64,000 nt of DNA from Candidatus Latescibacterota bacterium (GTDB taxonomy: Bacteria; Krumholzibacteriota; Krumholzibacteriia; WVZY01). Below the pieces are notes generated by a model, which worked only from the letters and a program-made list of their open reading frames with translations, did no database searches and was not told the origin of the DNA. The DNA lies in the NCBI GenBank assembly GCA_963791045.1, contig CAWBQK010000001.1, positions 128,001 to 192,000 on the forward strand, in the 5' to 3' direction. Made by a program: the position numbers and the translations under genes. Positions within the stretch are counted from its first letter, which is position 1. Each line of letters starts with the position of its first letter. This document shows positions 9,321-18,705 of the stretch, piece after piece.

Positions 9321-10967
9321 CTACAGGCGGTAGCGGGCGGCAATTGGCATCCTGCGCCCGGACCCGAAGGCCTTCGATGTCACCTTCAAACCCGGAGCCG
9401 CTTGCTTCCTCTTGTATTCGTTGATCCGAACCGTGTCGACCACCCAGGTCACCGTCTCGCGGTCGAACCCCGCCGCGACGATTCCGTCGATCGACTCGTG
9501 GTGGTCGACGTGGAGTTCCAGAATCCGGTCGAGGATATGGTACGGCGGAAGCGTGTCCTGGTCGGTCTGGCCGGGTTTGAGTTCCGCAGAGGGAGGGCGT
9601 TGGATGATCCGCCTGGGGATAACGGTATTTCCACGGTTGATATGATCGGCGAGTTTGAACACGAGTGTTTTCGGCACGTCGGAGATGACGGCGAGCCCCC
9701 CGCTCATATCGCCGTAGAGCGTGCAGTATCCCACCGAGAGTTCGCTCTTGTTCCCCGTAGAGAGCGGGAGATATCCGAATTTGTTTGAGAAAGCCATTAT
9801 GATGTTCCCGCGAATCCGGGCCTGAATGTTCTCCTCGGTGACATCGCTCTCCAACCCATCAAAAGATTTCATGAGAGCTCCGTCGTATCCCTTCATCAAT
9901 CCGTCGATACCGATAACCTGGAGTTCAATACCGAGGATCCCGGACATCTCCGTGGCATCCGCAAGACTATCCGGAGAGGAATACCGTGAGGGCATTGCGA
10001 TCGCGTGGACATTTTGAGGTCCAATCGCGTCAGCGGCGATCGCGGCAGTGACCGCCGAATCGATCCCACCCGAAAGCCCGACGACAACTTCCGTGAACCC
10101 GCACTTTCGAATGTAGTCACTAGTCCCCATCACAAGCGCGCGATAAACCGTATCGATGTCATCTTCGACTTCATACCCGGGCGCGGGACCATCGACGTCC
10201 GTTTCGACCGTCACCACGGCCTGATCAAAACTCGGAAGCACGCACCGCGCACAACCCTTCCTGTCGACGAAGAGACTCCGGCCGTCAAAAACGAGTTCAT
10301 CGTTGCCGCCAACCTGGTTGACAAAAACGAACCCGGAATCGTGGGCACGCGCATGTTCTTTCAACAACCTGTAGCGGACGGACTCCTTCCCCACGGAGAA
10401 CGGAGACGCCGATATATTGATAAAGAACGACGCGCCTTTTTGGGCGAGCATTTTGACGGGGTCGTACGGATAGGGCCGCCTATTCCACGGATCGGGTTCG
10501 TTCCAGACATCCTCGCAAATGGTCAACCCGAGTTTTTCGCCTTTGAAAACCACAAACTGGTTCTCCGTCGCCGCCCTGAAATAGCGGAGCTCATCAAAAA
10601 CATCGTATGTGGGAAGCAGCATCTTGGGTTGCCTGAAAAGCACTCGGCCTTCGGACACAAGAAACGCCGTGTTGAAGAGCGGTTTGCCGTCAGGGAGACC
10701 CGTGGGCTCGGGGTTGCCCAGAACGATCCCCATACCCGGATAAATATAGGACGATTCCACAACGCGTTTGAGGGCGAGCTCGGCGTGTTCGATAAACGAT
10801 GGAAATTCAAGGAGATCTTTTGGAGGGTAACCGGTGAGAACCAGTTCGGGGAAAACAACGAGATCGGCGCGCGCCTCAGATGCAATATTCAGCGTGTCCA
10901 AAACCTTGCGTACGTTTCCGTCGATGTCCCCGACAACGGGGTTTAGTTGTGCCATCGTGACACGCAT
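9321..10967 (-). CDS. nadE: Glutamine-dependent NAD+ synthetase
   Basis: N-terminal nitrilase domain (FPEL, K, ICED); GLSGGIDS, ENIQARIRG, TGNKSE, PPSAEL, NEYKRKQA. Confidence 0.96.
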   Translation of the reverse strand: MRVTMAQLNPVVGDIDGNVRKVLDTLNIASEARADLVVFPELVLTGYPPKDLLEFPSFIEHAELALKRVVESSYIYPGMGIVLGNPEPTGLPDGKPLFNTAFLVSEGRVLFRQPKMLLPTYDVFDELRYFRAATENQFVVFKGEKLGLTICEDVWNEPDPWNRRPYPYDPVKMLAQKGASFFINISASPFSVGKESVRYRLLKEHARAHDSGFVFVNQVGGNDELVFDGRSLFVDRKGCARCVLPSFDQAVVTVETDVDGPAPGYEVEDDIDTVYRALVMGTSDYIRKCGFTEVVVGLSGGIDSAVTAAIAADAIGPQNVHAIAMPSRYSSPDSLADATEMSGILGIELQVIGIDGLMKGYDGALMKSFDGLESDVTEENIQARIRGNIIMAFSNKFGYLPLSTGNKSELSVGYCTLYGDMSGGLAVISDVPKTLVFKLADHINRGNTVIPRRIIQRPPSAELKPGQTDQDTLPPYHILDRILELHVDHHESIDGIVAAGFDRETVTWVVDTVRINEYKRKQAAPGLKVTSKAFGSGRRMPIAARYRL

Positions 10968-11189
10968 CGGACAATACCTCCGTGGCTCGGTTCAGGTGAT
11001 CCCGTGGCAACCCTCCCGAGGCGCGAACCTATTCGGCCTCAGAGCCAAACGGAATGCCGACGCCGGTGAATCCGATTGTTCGGTCACCGATAGCGCCCAT
11101 GATCTGAAATTTGTATCGTGATCGTTTATTCCTAACACATTACGGCCGTCGCAGTCAAGAAAACGCCACAGACACGCCCCAGACCCCGA

Positions 11190-11579
11190 TTACGAGGATA
11201 TTTTCACAGCTTCGTCGAGAGCCGACGCGATGGCGGAGGGACTCCCCGTCGCAATGGCTCCGCTCAAGCGCACCGCCGCCTCGCCGATTCCGATGATCTT
11301 TCCCACCCGCTCGAGCTTTTTGACCGAGTTTTTCATTTTCCGTGTGACCCGGCCGACCTGATCGAGAACCGGCCCCGCGTCATCGAGGGCGAGGGTGATC
11401 GCCATGGATGTGAAATCCGACGAAGCGTTCAAGAGCGACCACTCGATTGACTCGATGTCCCGCCGCTGCCTGGCGGTAATGTTGTCCCAGTTCGCAAAGC
11501 GGTATGAGCCCAGTTTGACCGAAAGCTTATAGAACATCTCGGCCAACCCGCGGGCCTCCCCAGCGGTAAGACGCGGCAC
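11190..11579 (-). CDS. Hypothetical all-helical protein (129 aa)
   Basis: ORF with GGAGGTG RBS, 15 bp downstream of the lipoprotein gene; Gly/Ala-rich C-terminal segment. Confidence 0.75.
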   Translation of the reverse strand: MPRLTAGEARGLAEMFYKLSVKLGSYRFANWDNITARQRRDIESIEWSLLNASSDFTSMAITLALDDAGPVLDQVGRVTRKMKNSVKKLERVGKIIGIGEAAVRLSGAIATGSPSAIASALDEAVKISS

Positions 11580-11594
11580 CTTTCACCTCCGTTG

Positions 11595-12470
11595 TCAGAA
11601 CGCATCCATGACGTCACGAATCAACTCTTCGATTGTTTCCGTGTATTCGAGAATGAACTTCTTCATCTCCTTGGAATCGAGATCGTTCCGGTTGTCATAC
11701 AATTGCTGATGCCCTTTGGCAATCTTGCGGAGAATTTTTCCGTAGGCTCGGGCGGCGCCCCGTTTCGCGTCGAGCGTCGACTCTTCCTTTTGCCACAGGT
11801 CATAGACAAGAACGGCTGCAAGCGGCTCTTCTTCTCCCCCCGTTTTTACTTTTCCTAGAAAGTATTTCCGCGCCGCTTCACTTTCGCGATCGAGGAGCCG
11901 CAGGTAGTCCTCGCTAACGACATCATCGAGCATGGTGGTCAAAACCTGGATGTCGTCGTTGGTCCGCTCAATGGCTTTGCCCAGTTCGCTCCTCCGCCAA
12001 CCTCCGCCGGCGACTTCGACCAGGAAACTCGACACACCTTCGACGGCCTCCACCCGGCGTTCGTCGAACGGGTACGTATCCCCGAAAGCGTCAGCCAGGT
12101 CGTCAAACTCGTCGTCGTAATCCAGCGTTTTCTTATCGGCCAGTTTCGAAAGGGCCTTCAAATAGTCGACAAGGACACGGTTGGTTTTGCGAAGGCCTTT
12201 CGCCGCTTTCTTATAGTCTTTGCAGGCAGAGCCGCCGGCGACGCGAAGCGAGTCGAGGGTTGGATCAGACACGGAGAGACCTTGATAATACTGCTGGCGA
12301 ACACACGATCGGCTTATGTCTTTTTGGATACCGGCAAACTGTTCGCTCGCCGTCTTCGAGACCCCCGCATACCTCTTGACGGTGGTGGGAGCGGTGCAGC
12401 CGCTCGCGAAGAGAGCGGCGACGAGAACAATAACCGACACACCCAAAAATTTTCGTTCATTCTTAATCAC
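11595..12470 (-). CDS. Hypothetical helical lipoprotein (~291 aa)
   Basis: GAGGTG RBS before GTG 12470; signal peptide with lipobox ASGC; amphipathic helical body. Confidence 0.75.
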   Translation of the reverse strand: MIKNERKFLGVSVIVLVAALFASGCTAPTTVKRYAGVSKTASEQFAGIQKDISRSCVRQQYYQGLSVSDPTLDSLRVAGGSACKDYKKAAKGLRKTNRVLVDYLKALSKLADKKTLDYDDEFDDLADAFGDTYPFDERRVEAVEGVSSFLVEVAGGGWRRSELGKAIERTNDDIQVLTTMLDDVVSEDYLRLLDRESEAARKYFLGKVKTGGEEEPLAAVLVYDLWQKEESTLDAKRGAARAYGKILRKIAKGHQQLYDNRNDLDSKEMKKFILEYTETIEELIRDVMDAF

Positions 12471-12619
12471 GATTTTCACCTCGATATCTCGGGGTGCGGA
12501 AAACCTGGATGATGAACGGGAGGTGTCTGGGCTGTCGAGAGGGTCTCGTGCACCGACCGATGAAGGAGCTTCTACTCCTCTCGATTGTAAGACACACCGC
12601 CCTCCCGTGTCCATGCGGT

Positions 12620-12649
12620 TTGACTTGCCTGCCCCCGGTGGTCTATCTT
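12620..12649 (+). promoter_or_regulatory. Putative sigma70 promoter for the amrS operon
   Basis: TTGACT-N18-TATCTT. Confidence 0.55.
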
Positions 12650-12697
12650 TAGGACGAAGGTTCGGGTCGTGACGGGTCTCGAAACGGGCGGCTTCAC

Positions 12698-13972
12698 ATG
12701 TCCATTCTGAACGATTCGTTTTCAAAAGACCGGATGACGGCATCGGTGACGCGGCGCCGGTTTCTCGGGATCCTCGCGCGGTCGGCCGCTGTCGCCGGTG
12801 GCGCGGGCTTTCTCATAAACTCCCCGAATATCCCGAAGGCCATCGCCGCTAACTCGAGTTCGTCCACCGCAAAACTCAATCCAGCCGACGCGCCGCTCGC
12901 CAGATACTGGATCTCGTCGAACTCACGCGGCATCGACTGCTTGTCGTGTCATACGACCGATGACAACGTGGCCGGCGACCTCTTCGATCACGGCAAGGCC
13001 GTCATCAAGTGTGAGCTTTGCGCGCAAGCGTGCGTTATCCCTGAAGGAGAACGCGGTGAATGCCGCGCGCGGATGAATGTGGGCGGCACGCTGCGGAGCC
13101 TTGTCTACGGACGTCCCGTTTCCGTCCATGTCGATCCCATCGAAAAAAAACCGTTTTATCATTTCATGCCGGGCTCGGCCGCGTTCTCGATGGCGACCGC
13201 GGGGTGTCCGCTCCACTGCAAATTTTGTCAGAACTGGGAAATCTCCCAGTCGCGCCCCGAGGATTTCAACACCGAGTTCGTACCGCCCGACGCAATCGTA
13301 CACGAGTCGCTCAAACGTAACGCGCCGGTAATTGCTTTCACATATAACGAGCCGACGGTATTTACGGAGTACCTGACCGATATCGCGCGGCTCGCCCGCG
13401 ACGACGACATCAAATGCGTACTGATCAGCTGCGGGTTCATGAACGAGAAACCGCTCGACGAAATGTGTTCAGTACTGGACGCGATCAAGATAGATCTCAA
13501 AGGATTTGACAAGGAGTTCTACCGGCGAGTGTGCGGCGCCGAACTGGACCCGGTGTTGAGGAGCATCAAACAGGTTGCGAAGAGTGGGATCCATCTCGAG
13601 ATTGTCAACCTCGTCGTGCCCACGCTGAACGACTCCGATGAAATGCTCACGGGACTGGCGAAATGGGTGGTGGATGAGGTGGGTCCGGATGTACCCATCC
13701 ATTTTACGCGATTCCACCCCGATTATCAGATGCTTAACCTGCCGCCGACTCCGGTGGCGACACTCGAGAAAGCGTACGAGATCGCGAGGGACCAGGGTGT
13801 TCATTATCCGTTCGTGGGCAATGTTCCCGGTCACGAGGGAAATAACACCTATTGTCCACAGTGCGGCCAACCGGTCGTCTCCCGAAAAGGATTTTTTGTG
13901 TCGGATATTAGAATCGAAAATGGGCACTGCACGCAGTGCGGCGAAACCATCGCGGGGGTTTGGACGGATTGA
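12698..13972 (+). CDS. amrS: AmmeMemoRadiSam system radical SAM enzyme with Tat signal (start 12698 or 12734)
   Basis: CELC-x3-C N-terminal ribbon, VDPIEKKPFYHF, CxxxCxxC (GCPLHCKFCQNWEISQ), FTYNEP, C-terminal CPQC/CTQC; N-terminal TRRRFL. Confidence 0.93.
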   Translation: MSILNDSFSKDRMTASVTRRRFLGILARSAAVAGGAGFLINSPNIPKAIAANSSSSTAKLNPADAPLARYWISSNSRGIDCLSCHTTDDNVAGDLFDHGKAVIKCELCAQACVIPEGERGECRARMNVGGTLRSLVYGRPVSVHVDPIEKKPFYHFMPGSAAFSMATAGCPLHCKFCQNWEISQSRPEDFNTEFVPPDAIVHESLKRNAPVIAFTYNEPTVFTEYLTDIARLARDDDIKCVLISCGFMNEKPLDEMCSVLDAIKIDLKGFDKEFYRRVCGAELDPVLRSIKQVAKSGIHLEIVNLVVPTLNDSDEMLTGLAKWVVDEVGPDVPIHFTRFHPDYQMLNLPPTPVATLEKAYEIARDQGVHYPFVGNVPGHEGNNTYCPQCGQPVVSRKGFFVSDIRIENGHCTQCGETIAGVWTD

Positions 13973-14034
13973 CCGCTCGTCCGCGAAAAGCCAGCGAGGG
14001 TGGCTCACGAGAGAGGTTCACGAAAGAGGCTCGA

Positions 14035-15582
14035 ATGCGAGGCAGTAATATTTCTTTGGTCCGCTTTTTCTGTGTGATGGCGATCGCCATTTGTGTTGTG
14101 GGCTCTTCCCCACCCGGGGCGAAATCGTCGCGCGGCGGCGTCCGGCATCCCGCCGTGGCCGGACAGTTCTATCCATCGGATCCCGTCAAACTTGGGTACT
14201 CCATCGACGCTTTTCTCGATGACGCGCTCGAGCGGTTCGACGAAAAACCCGTAGCGATCGTGTGTCCGCATGCCGGTTACATTTACTCGGGGCAGATCGC
14301 CGCCGACGCCTACAAACAGGCGTCGAAACACAGCTACGATCTCGTCGTCATCGTGGGCGTTAATCATACGACGGGCGGGTTCCGGGACGTTTCAATTTAC
14401 GACGGCGAGGGTTACAAAACCCCGCTTGGAATCGCGGAAATCGACGCGGAGCTTTCCGCCGGACTCATCGCGGCGGACAACGACTTTGTGTTCAACAAAA
14501 AAGTCCACGAACGGGAACATTCTGTCGAAGTCCAGATCCCATTTATACAGAGGATCTTTCCCGCGACTCCCGTTGTTGCGGCGATCGTCGGCACGACGGA
14601 ACCCGAGCTGTGCGAGAAATTCGGCCGCACACTCGCCGGCATGCTAAAGGACAGGAACGCACTCATCGTGGCGAGCTGCGACCTGTCTCACTTCCCCCTC
14701 TACGATGACGCCGTCGAAGTCGACAAAAAGACGCTTGAAGCTTTCTCCACTATGGAGACAAGCGTCGTGCACTCGACTATCGAAAAACAAATGTCGCGGG
14801 GGGTGGCCAGCCTTTCGACATGCGCCTGTGGAGAAGCGTCTGTTCTCGCCGTCATGACCGCCGCCCGCGAGCTCGGCGCCGACGGCGCGCAGATCATCAG
14901 CTATGCAAATTCCGGCGACAGCCCCGTGGGAGACCATTCGCGTGTTGTCGGCTATGGGGCGGTCGCGTTTGTCAAAGGCGGCGAATCGGCCGAGGTTCCG
15001 CCGCTTCGAAACCCCCAGGACGGTGGCAAGACGGAATTCAGCGAAGATCAGCGGGAGGCGCTTCTCAAGTTCGCACGCAAGACCATTCGCCAGTATCTCA
15101 CCGGAGGGACGGCGCCGCTCGCGCGGGGATTCGATCCGGTGGTCGAAACAAACAAGGGCGCTTTTGTCACCCTCAAGAAAGACGGCGATCTGCGCGGTTG
15201 TATCGGCCACATGATTGACGATCTCCCGCTGTCGCAGGTTGTCGGGTATTGCGCGCTGCAGGCGGCGTTCAACGACCGCAGGTTTTCGCCGCTCGAACTC
15301 GGCGAACTCGATGACATCGACATCGAAATCTCCGTTCTAACGCCTTACGAACAAGTCGACGGTCATCGCGATATCAAAATCGGACGCGATGGCGTTCTTA
15401 TAAAAAAGGACGGCCGGTCGGCCGTGTACCTCCCGTCGGTCGCCGTAGAACAGGGCTGGACACTCGAGGAAACCCTCACCCACCTGTCGCGAAAAGCGGG
15501 ACTCCCCGGTGACGGCTGGAAGGAAGGAACGACGTTTTACACATTCCAGGCGATCGTGTTTGGCGAGGTCGAGACCCACTAA
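14035..15582 (+). CDS. amrB: AmmeMemoRadiSam protein B (MEMO1) - protein A (AMMECR1) fusion
   Basis: PAVAGQFYP, PHAGYIYSG, EHSVEVQIPF, DLSHF, CG, VVGY (MEMO), then GAFVTL, LRGCIG, DRRF, EISVLT, YLPSV (AMMECR1). Confidence 0.93.
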   Translation: MRGSNISLVRFFCVMAIAICVVGSSPPGAKSSRGGVRHPAVAGQFYPSDPVKLGYSIDAFLDDALERFDEKPVAIVCPHAGYIYSGQIAADAYKQASKHSYDLVVIVGVNHTTGGFRDVSIYDGEGYKTPLGIAEIDAELSAGLIAADNDFVFNKKVHEREHSVEVQIPFIQRIFPATPVVAAIVGTTEPELCEKFGRTLAGMLKDRNALIVASCDLSHFPLYDDAVEVDKKTLEAFSTMETSVVHSTIEKQMSRGVASLSTCACGEASVLAVMTAARELGADGAQIISYANSGDSPVGDHSRVVGYGAVAFVKGGESAEVPPLRNPQDGGKTEFSEDQREALLKFARKTIRQYLTGGTAPLARGFDPVVETNKGAFVTLKKDGDLRGCIGHMIDDLPLSQVVGYCALQAAFNDRRFSPLELGELDDIDIEISVLTPYEQVDGHRDIKIGRDGVLIKKDGRSAVYLPSVAVEQGWTLEETLTHLSRKAGLPGDGWKEGTTFYTFQAIVFGEVETH

Positions 15583-15600
15583 CCCACAGAGAGAATTCCG

Positions 15601-17760
15601 GTGATTCTTTTTCTCTTCTCTATCGGTCTCATTTCTATCCTCGGCCAGGTCGTCATCCTTCGTGAGCTGAACGTTGCTTTCTACGGCGTCGAACTTATTT
15701 TTATCCTCGCCATGGGTGTGTGGCTGTTGTGGACGGCCCTCGGTGCGCTTGCCGGACGACGCAATTATTCTCCGGCGGCGCACGTCGTCGAGTGGTTGTT
15801 TGTCTGTTTCGCCGTTCTACTGCCGCTCGATATCGCTTTTATCCGTTCGATGCGTGATATCTTCGGCGCCGTTCCCGGCACGTATTTGCCATTCGGCTAT
15901 CAGTTGCTGGGGGTCGTGATCGCGCTCTTCCCGCCGGGAATACTTCTTGGCCTCCTTTTTCAATGGGCGGCAAAACGGTATGCGGCGGACGGCGGAACGC
16001 TCGCGACCGCATATGCCGTCGAAAGCGCGGGCGGGCTTATCGGAGGTCTTGCGTCGACACTTCTCCTCCAAACCGGCGTGTCCAATTTTTCCGCGGCACT
16101 CGTGTGCGGTCTTGCCGCCACGGTGACAGTGGTCGCCGCCCCGGCGAGCGGTCGTTCGCGCACAAGAATCGCGGGCCTGATCGTGTTTGCCGCCCTGCTG
16201 GTATTGGTATTTACCTCGCGGCAAATCGATCATACCTTGACACGCATCACTCACCCTTCGCTGGTCGACTCGAAAGACTCGCCGTACGGCAGAATCTCGA
16301 TAGAGGAACACTCGGGACAGTATATCGTTTTTGAAAACGACGCGTTTTCATTCGACACCGAGGGCGCGGGGAGCGAGGAACTCGTCCACCTGGCCGCGAT
16401 CCAAATCGACTCTTTGAGCGATGTGCTCGTCCTCGGGGGCGGGCTCGACGGCACGCTCCGCGACCTCTTGAAACACAATCCCCGGCGCGTCGATTTTGTC
16501 GAAATTAATCGCATCCTTCTCTCGGCCATCGACGCGAATCTCCCCCCCGGCTTAATCGAGCCAATGCACCCTCCCTCGGTGTCGACGACCATCGAGGATC
16601 CACGGCGCTACGTGGACAGGCCGGGTCGATATGATCTCATACTCGTGGGGATGCCCGACCCCGCATCGGGGCAGTCAAACCGCTTTTACACACGTGATTT
16701 TTTTGAGCAGTGCGCCGAGGCGCTTCGCCCAGGCGGCGTGCTCGCCTTCCGCCTCCGCTCTCCCGAGAATATCTGGACCCCCTTTGTCACTTACCGGAAT
16801 TCGAGTATTTTCAACGCGCTCAAAATGGCATTTGTGGATGTCGTCGTACTCCCCGCCAGCGCAAATATTGTCATCGCGTCGATGGGCCCGCTCGATCGCG
16901 ACCCGCTTCGTCTGTCCCGGCGCCTCGACACGCTCAACATCACAACCAATTTAGTCACAAGCCAATACGTCAATTACCTCTATACAAATGACAGGTTTAC
17001 AGGGATCGCCGAGAGGCTCTCTTCGACCGACATTCCGGCGAACACCGACCTGCGGCCCATCTGCTACCGGTTCACCGGTATGATCTGGCTGTCGAAATTC
17101 CTGCCCGGTATGATCCACGCGGATATCCGTGGCGACACATCCGCATCGATTCCCCGCCGCGCGGCGATCATCCTCGCGGCGGTTCTCGCGATCGTTTTCC
17201 TCCTCGTGAAACGCCACCAGGGATTGCGAAGGGTCACGCTGGTTGCTGCGGCGGGTTTTCTTGCGATGGTGATGGAAACGGCGTTCATCCTTTATTACCA
17301 GTCGAAGTGCGGGGTGCTCTTCCAGAATATTGGCATCCTCATTATGATGTTCATGGCGGGGCTCGCCGTTGGCGCCATTTCTATCCGTTTCTTGATGGCG
17401 AACAAAAATATCCCGCGACCGATATCCGGGCCGAAGATTGGAATCAGCCTTTTTGGCGGTTTTGCCGTGGTGAATCTGCTTTTTTGGATCGGTTTGCGGC
17501 TTGGCCTCCCCACAAATCTCTCCTCGATTTCATTTTTTCTCTTTGGCGCCGGGTTTCTCGTTTCCGGTGTCTTCGCCTGGATGAGCCTCGACGGTGTTGA
17601 CGACCAGCGGCTCGTCGTTTCCCCGCTCTATTCCGCCGACCTTCTTGGTGGGTGCGTCGGATCGCTCGCCGCCGGCTTGTTTCTGATTCCATTCCTTGGA
17701 ATCGAACTCTCCACGGGGACCGTCGCGGTCTTGTCCGCCTTGTGCCTGCTGCTCATCTGA
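15601..17760 (+). CDS. Polytopic membrane protein with central spermidine-synthase-like SAM-binding domain
   Basis: GQVVILREL, YAVESAGG, DSPYGRI, VLVLGGG, YDLILVGMPDP-NRFYT, C-terminal LYSADLLGG. Confidence 0.85.
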   Translation: MILFLFSIGLISILGQVVILRELNVAFYGVELIFILAMGVWLLWTALGALAGRRNYSPAAHVVEWLFVCFAVLLPLDIAFIRSMRDIFGAVPGTYLPFGYQLLGVVIALFPPGILLGLLFQWAAKRYAADGGTLATAYAVESAGGLIGGLASTLLLQTGVSNFSAALVCGLAATVTVVAAPASGRSRTRIAGLIVFAALLVLVFTSRQIDHTLTRITHPSLVDSKDSPYGRISIEEHSGQYIVFENDAFSFDTEGAGSEELVHLAAIQIDSLSDVLVLGGGLDGTLRDLLKHNPRRVDFVEINRILLSAIDANLPPGLIEPMHPPSVSTTIEDPRRYVDRPGRYDLILVGMPDPASGQSNRFYTRDFFEQCAEALRPGGVLAFRLRSPENIWTPFVTYRNSSIFNALKMAFVDVVVLPASANIVIASMGPLDRDPLRLSRRLDTLNITTNLVTSQYVNYLYTNDRFTGIAERLSSTDIPANTDLRPICYRFTGMIWLSKFLPGMIHADIRGDTSASIPRRAAIILAAVLAIVFLLVKRHQGLRRVTLVAAAGFLAMVMETAFILYYQSKCGVLFQNIGILIMMFMAGLAVGAISIRFLMANKNIPRPISGPKIGISLFGGFAVVNLLFWIGLRLGLPTNLSSISFFLFGAGFLVSGVFAWMSLDGVDDQRLVVSPLYSADLLGGCVGSLAAGLFLIPFLGIELSTGTVAVLSALCLLLI

Positions 17761-17934
17761 ACGGCGTAGTTGCTAAAAAGTGCGCGTCAAAAACCAGAGG
17801 GCGCGCCGCGCGATCATACAGGCACAGAACCCACGCAACGAAGTATTGTCACCACCAGCCCAATCTGGTAATATTCGCCATCAACACGTGGTAGATTCTC
17901 CTGAAAAACACCACAGCCTTCAAAAGGAAGTCTT

Positions 17935-18705
17935 ATGAGTAACCCACTTGATAGCACACCGACGCTGAGTCGTGTGCCGGCAAGTCTCGATGTAACACAG
18001 AGCATCACGGGGCTAGTCCTCGCGCTCTTTATGTGGGCTCACTTGCTTCTCGTCTCGAGCATATTGCTCGGCAAGGACGCCATGTACTACGTGGCTGGCG
18101 CGTTCGAGCTCAAATTTCTCACCGGATGGCAGCACGGATACCCGATTATCGTTACGATAATCGGGATAATTGTTTTTGCCCTCTTTATCGTTCACGCGGG
18201 GATCGCGCTGCGGAAGTTCCCTGTCTCCTGGAAACAGTACCGGATATTCCGGCACCAGATGGGGATGATGAAACACCAGGACACAAACCTCTGGTTCTGG
18301 CAGGCGCTCACGGGCTTTGTCATGTTTTTCCTCGGTTCGGTTCACGCCTACATAATGATCACCAATCCGGAGAAAATAGGACCGTATGCTTCGGCCGACC
18401 GTTTTGTAACCGGATGGATGTGGCCTCTCTATTTCTTGCTGTTGTTTGCCGTTGAGATTCATGCGGCGGTCGGGGTCTACCGGCTCGCGGTCAAGTGGGG
18501 CACGTTTGACGGAAAAGATCCGCGCAAAAACCGGAAGCGACTCAAGGTTTTCAAAAACGCGCTGACGACTGTATTTCTTATTATCGGCCTCATGACATTC
18601 GCCGCGTATGTAAAAATTGGAATCGAACACAAAGACAGGGCGGGCGAGCGATACTCACCCGCGGGACATTCATCGGCTTTGCTGGACCGAGGTGATATCG
18701 GATGA
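17935..18705 (+). CDS. frdC: Fumarate reductase dihaem cytochrome b subunit (type B)
   Basis: [49 protein letters not shown]; four haem-ligand His. Confidence 0.92.
   Translation: MSNPLDSTPTLSRVPASLDVTQSITGLVLALFMWAHLLLVSSILLGKDAMYYVAGAFELKFLTGWQHGYPIIVTIIGIIVFALFIVHAGIALRKFPVSWKQYRIFRHQMGMMKHQDTNLWFWQALTGFVMFFLGSVHAYIMITNPEKIGPYASADRFVTGWMWPLYFLLLFAVEIHAAVGVYRLAVKWGTFDGKDPRKNRKRLKVFKNALTTVFLIIGLMTFAAYVKIGIEHKDRAGERYSPAGHSSALLDRGDIG

Noticed and set aside
10968-11160. NAD+ riboswitch in the long nadE leader
   Set aside because: Only weak GC hairpins; no match to riboswitch motifs I can recognise. An Rfam scan would settle it
12516-12608. Long imperfect inverted repeat in the divergent promoter region
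   Set aside because: One arm overlaps a likely TGGACA-N18-TACAAT promoter on the minus strand, so it is probably not transcribed whole; short arms could be chance
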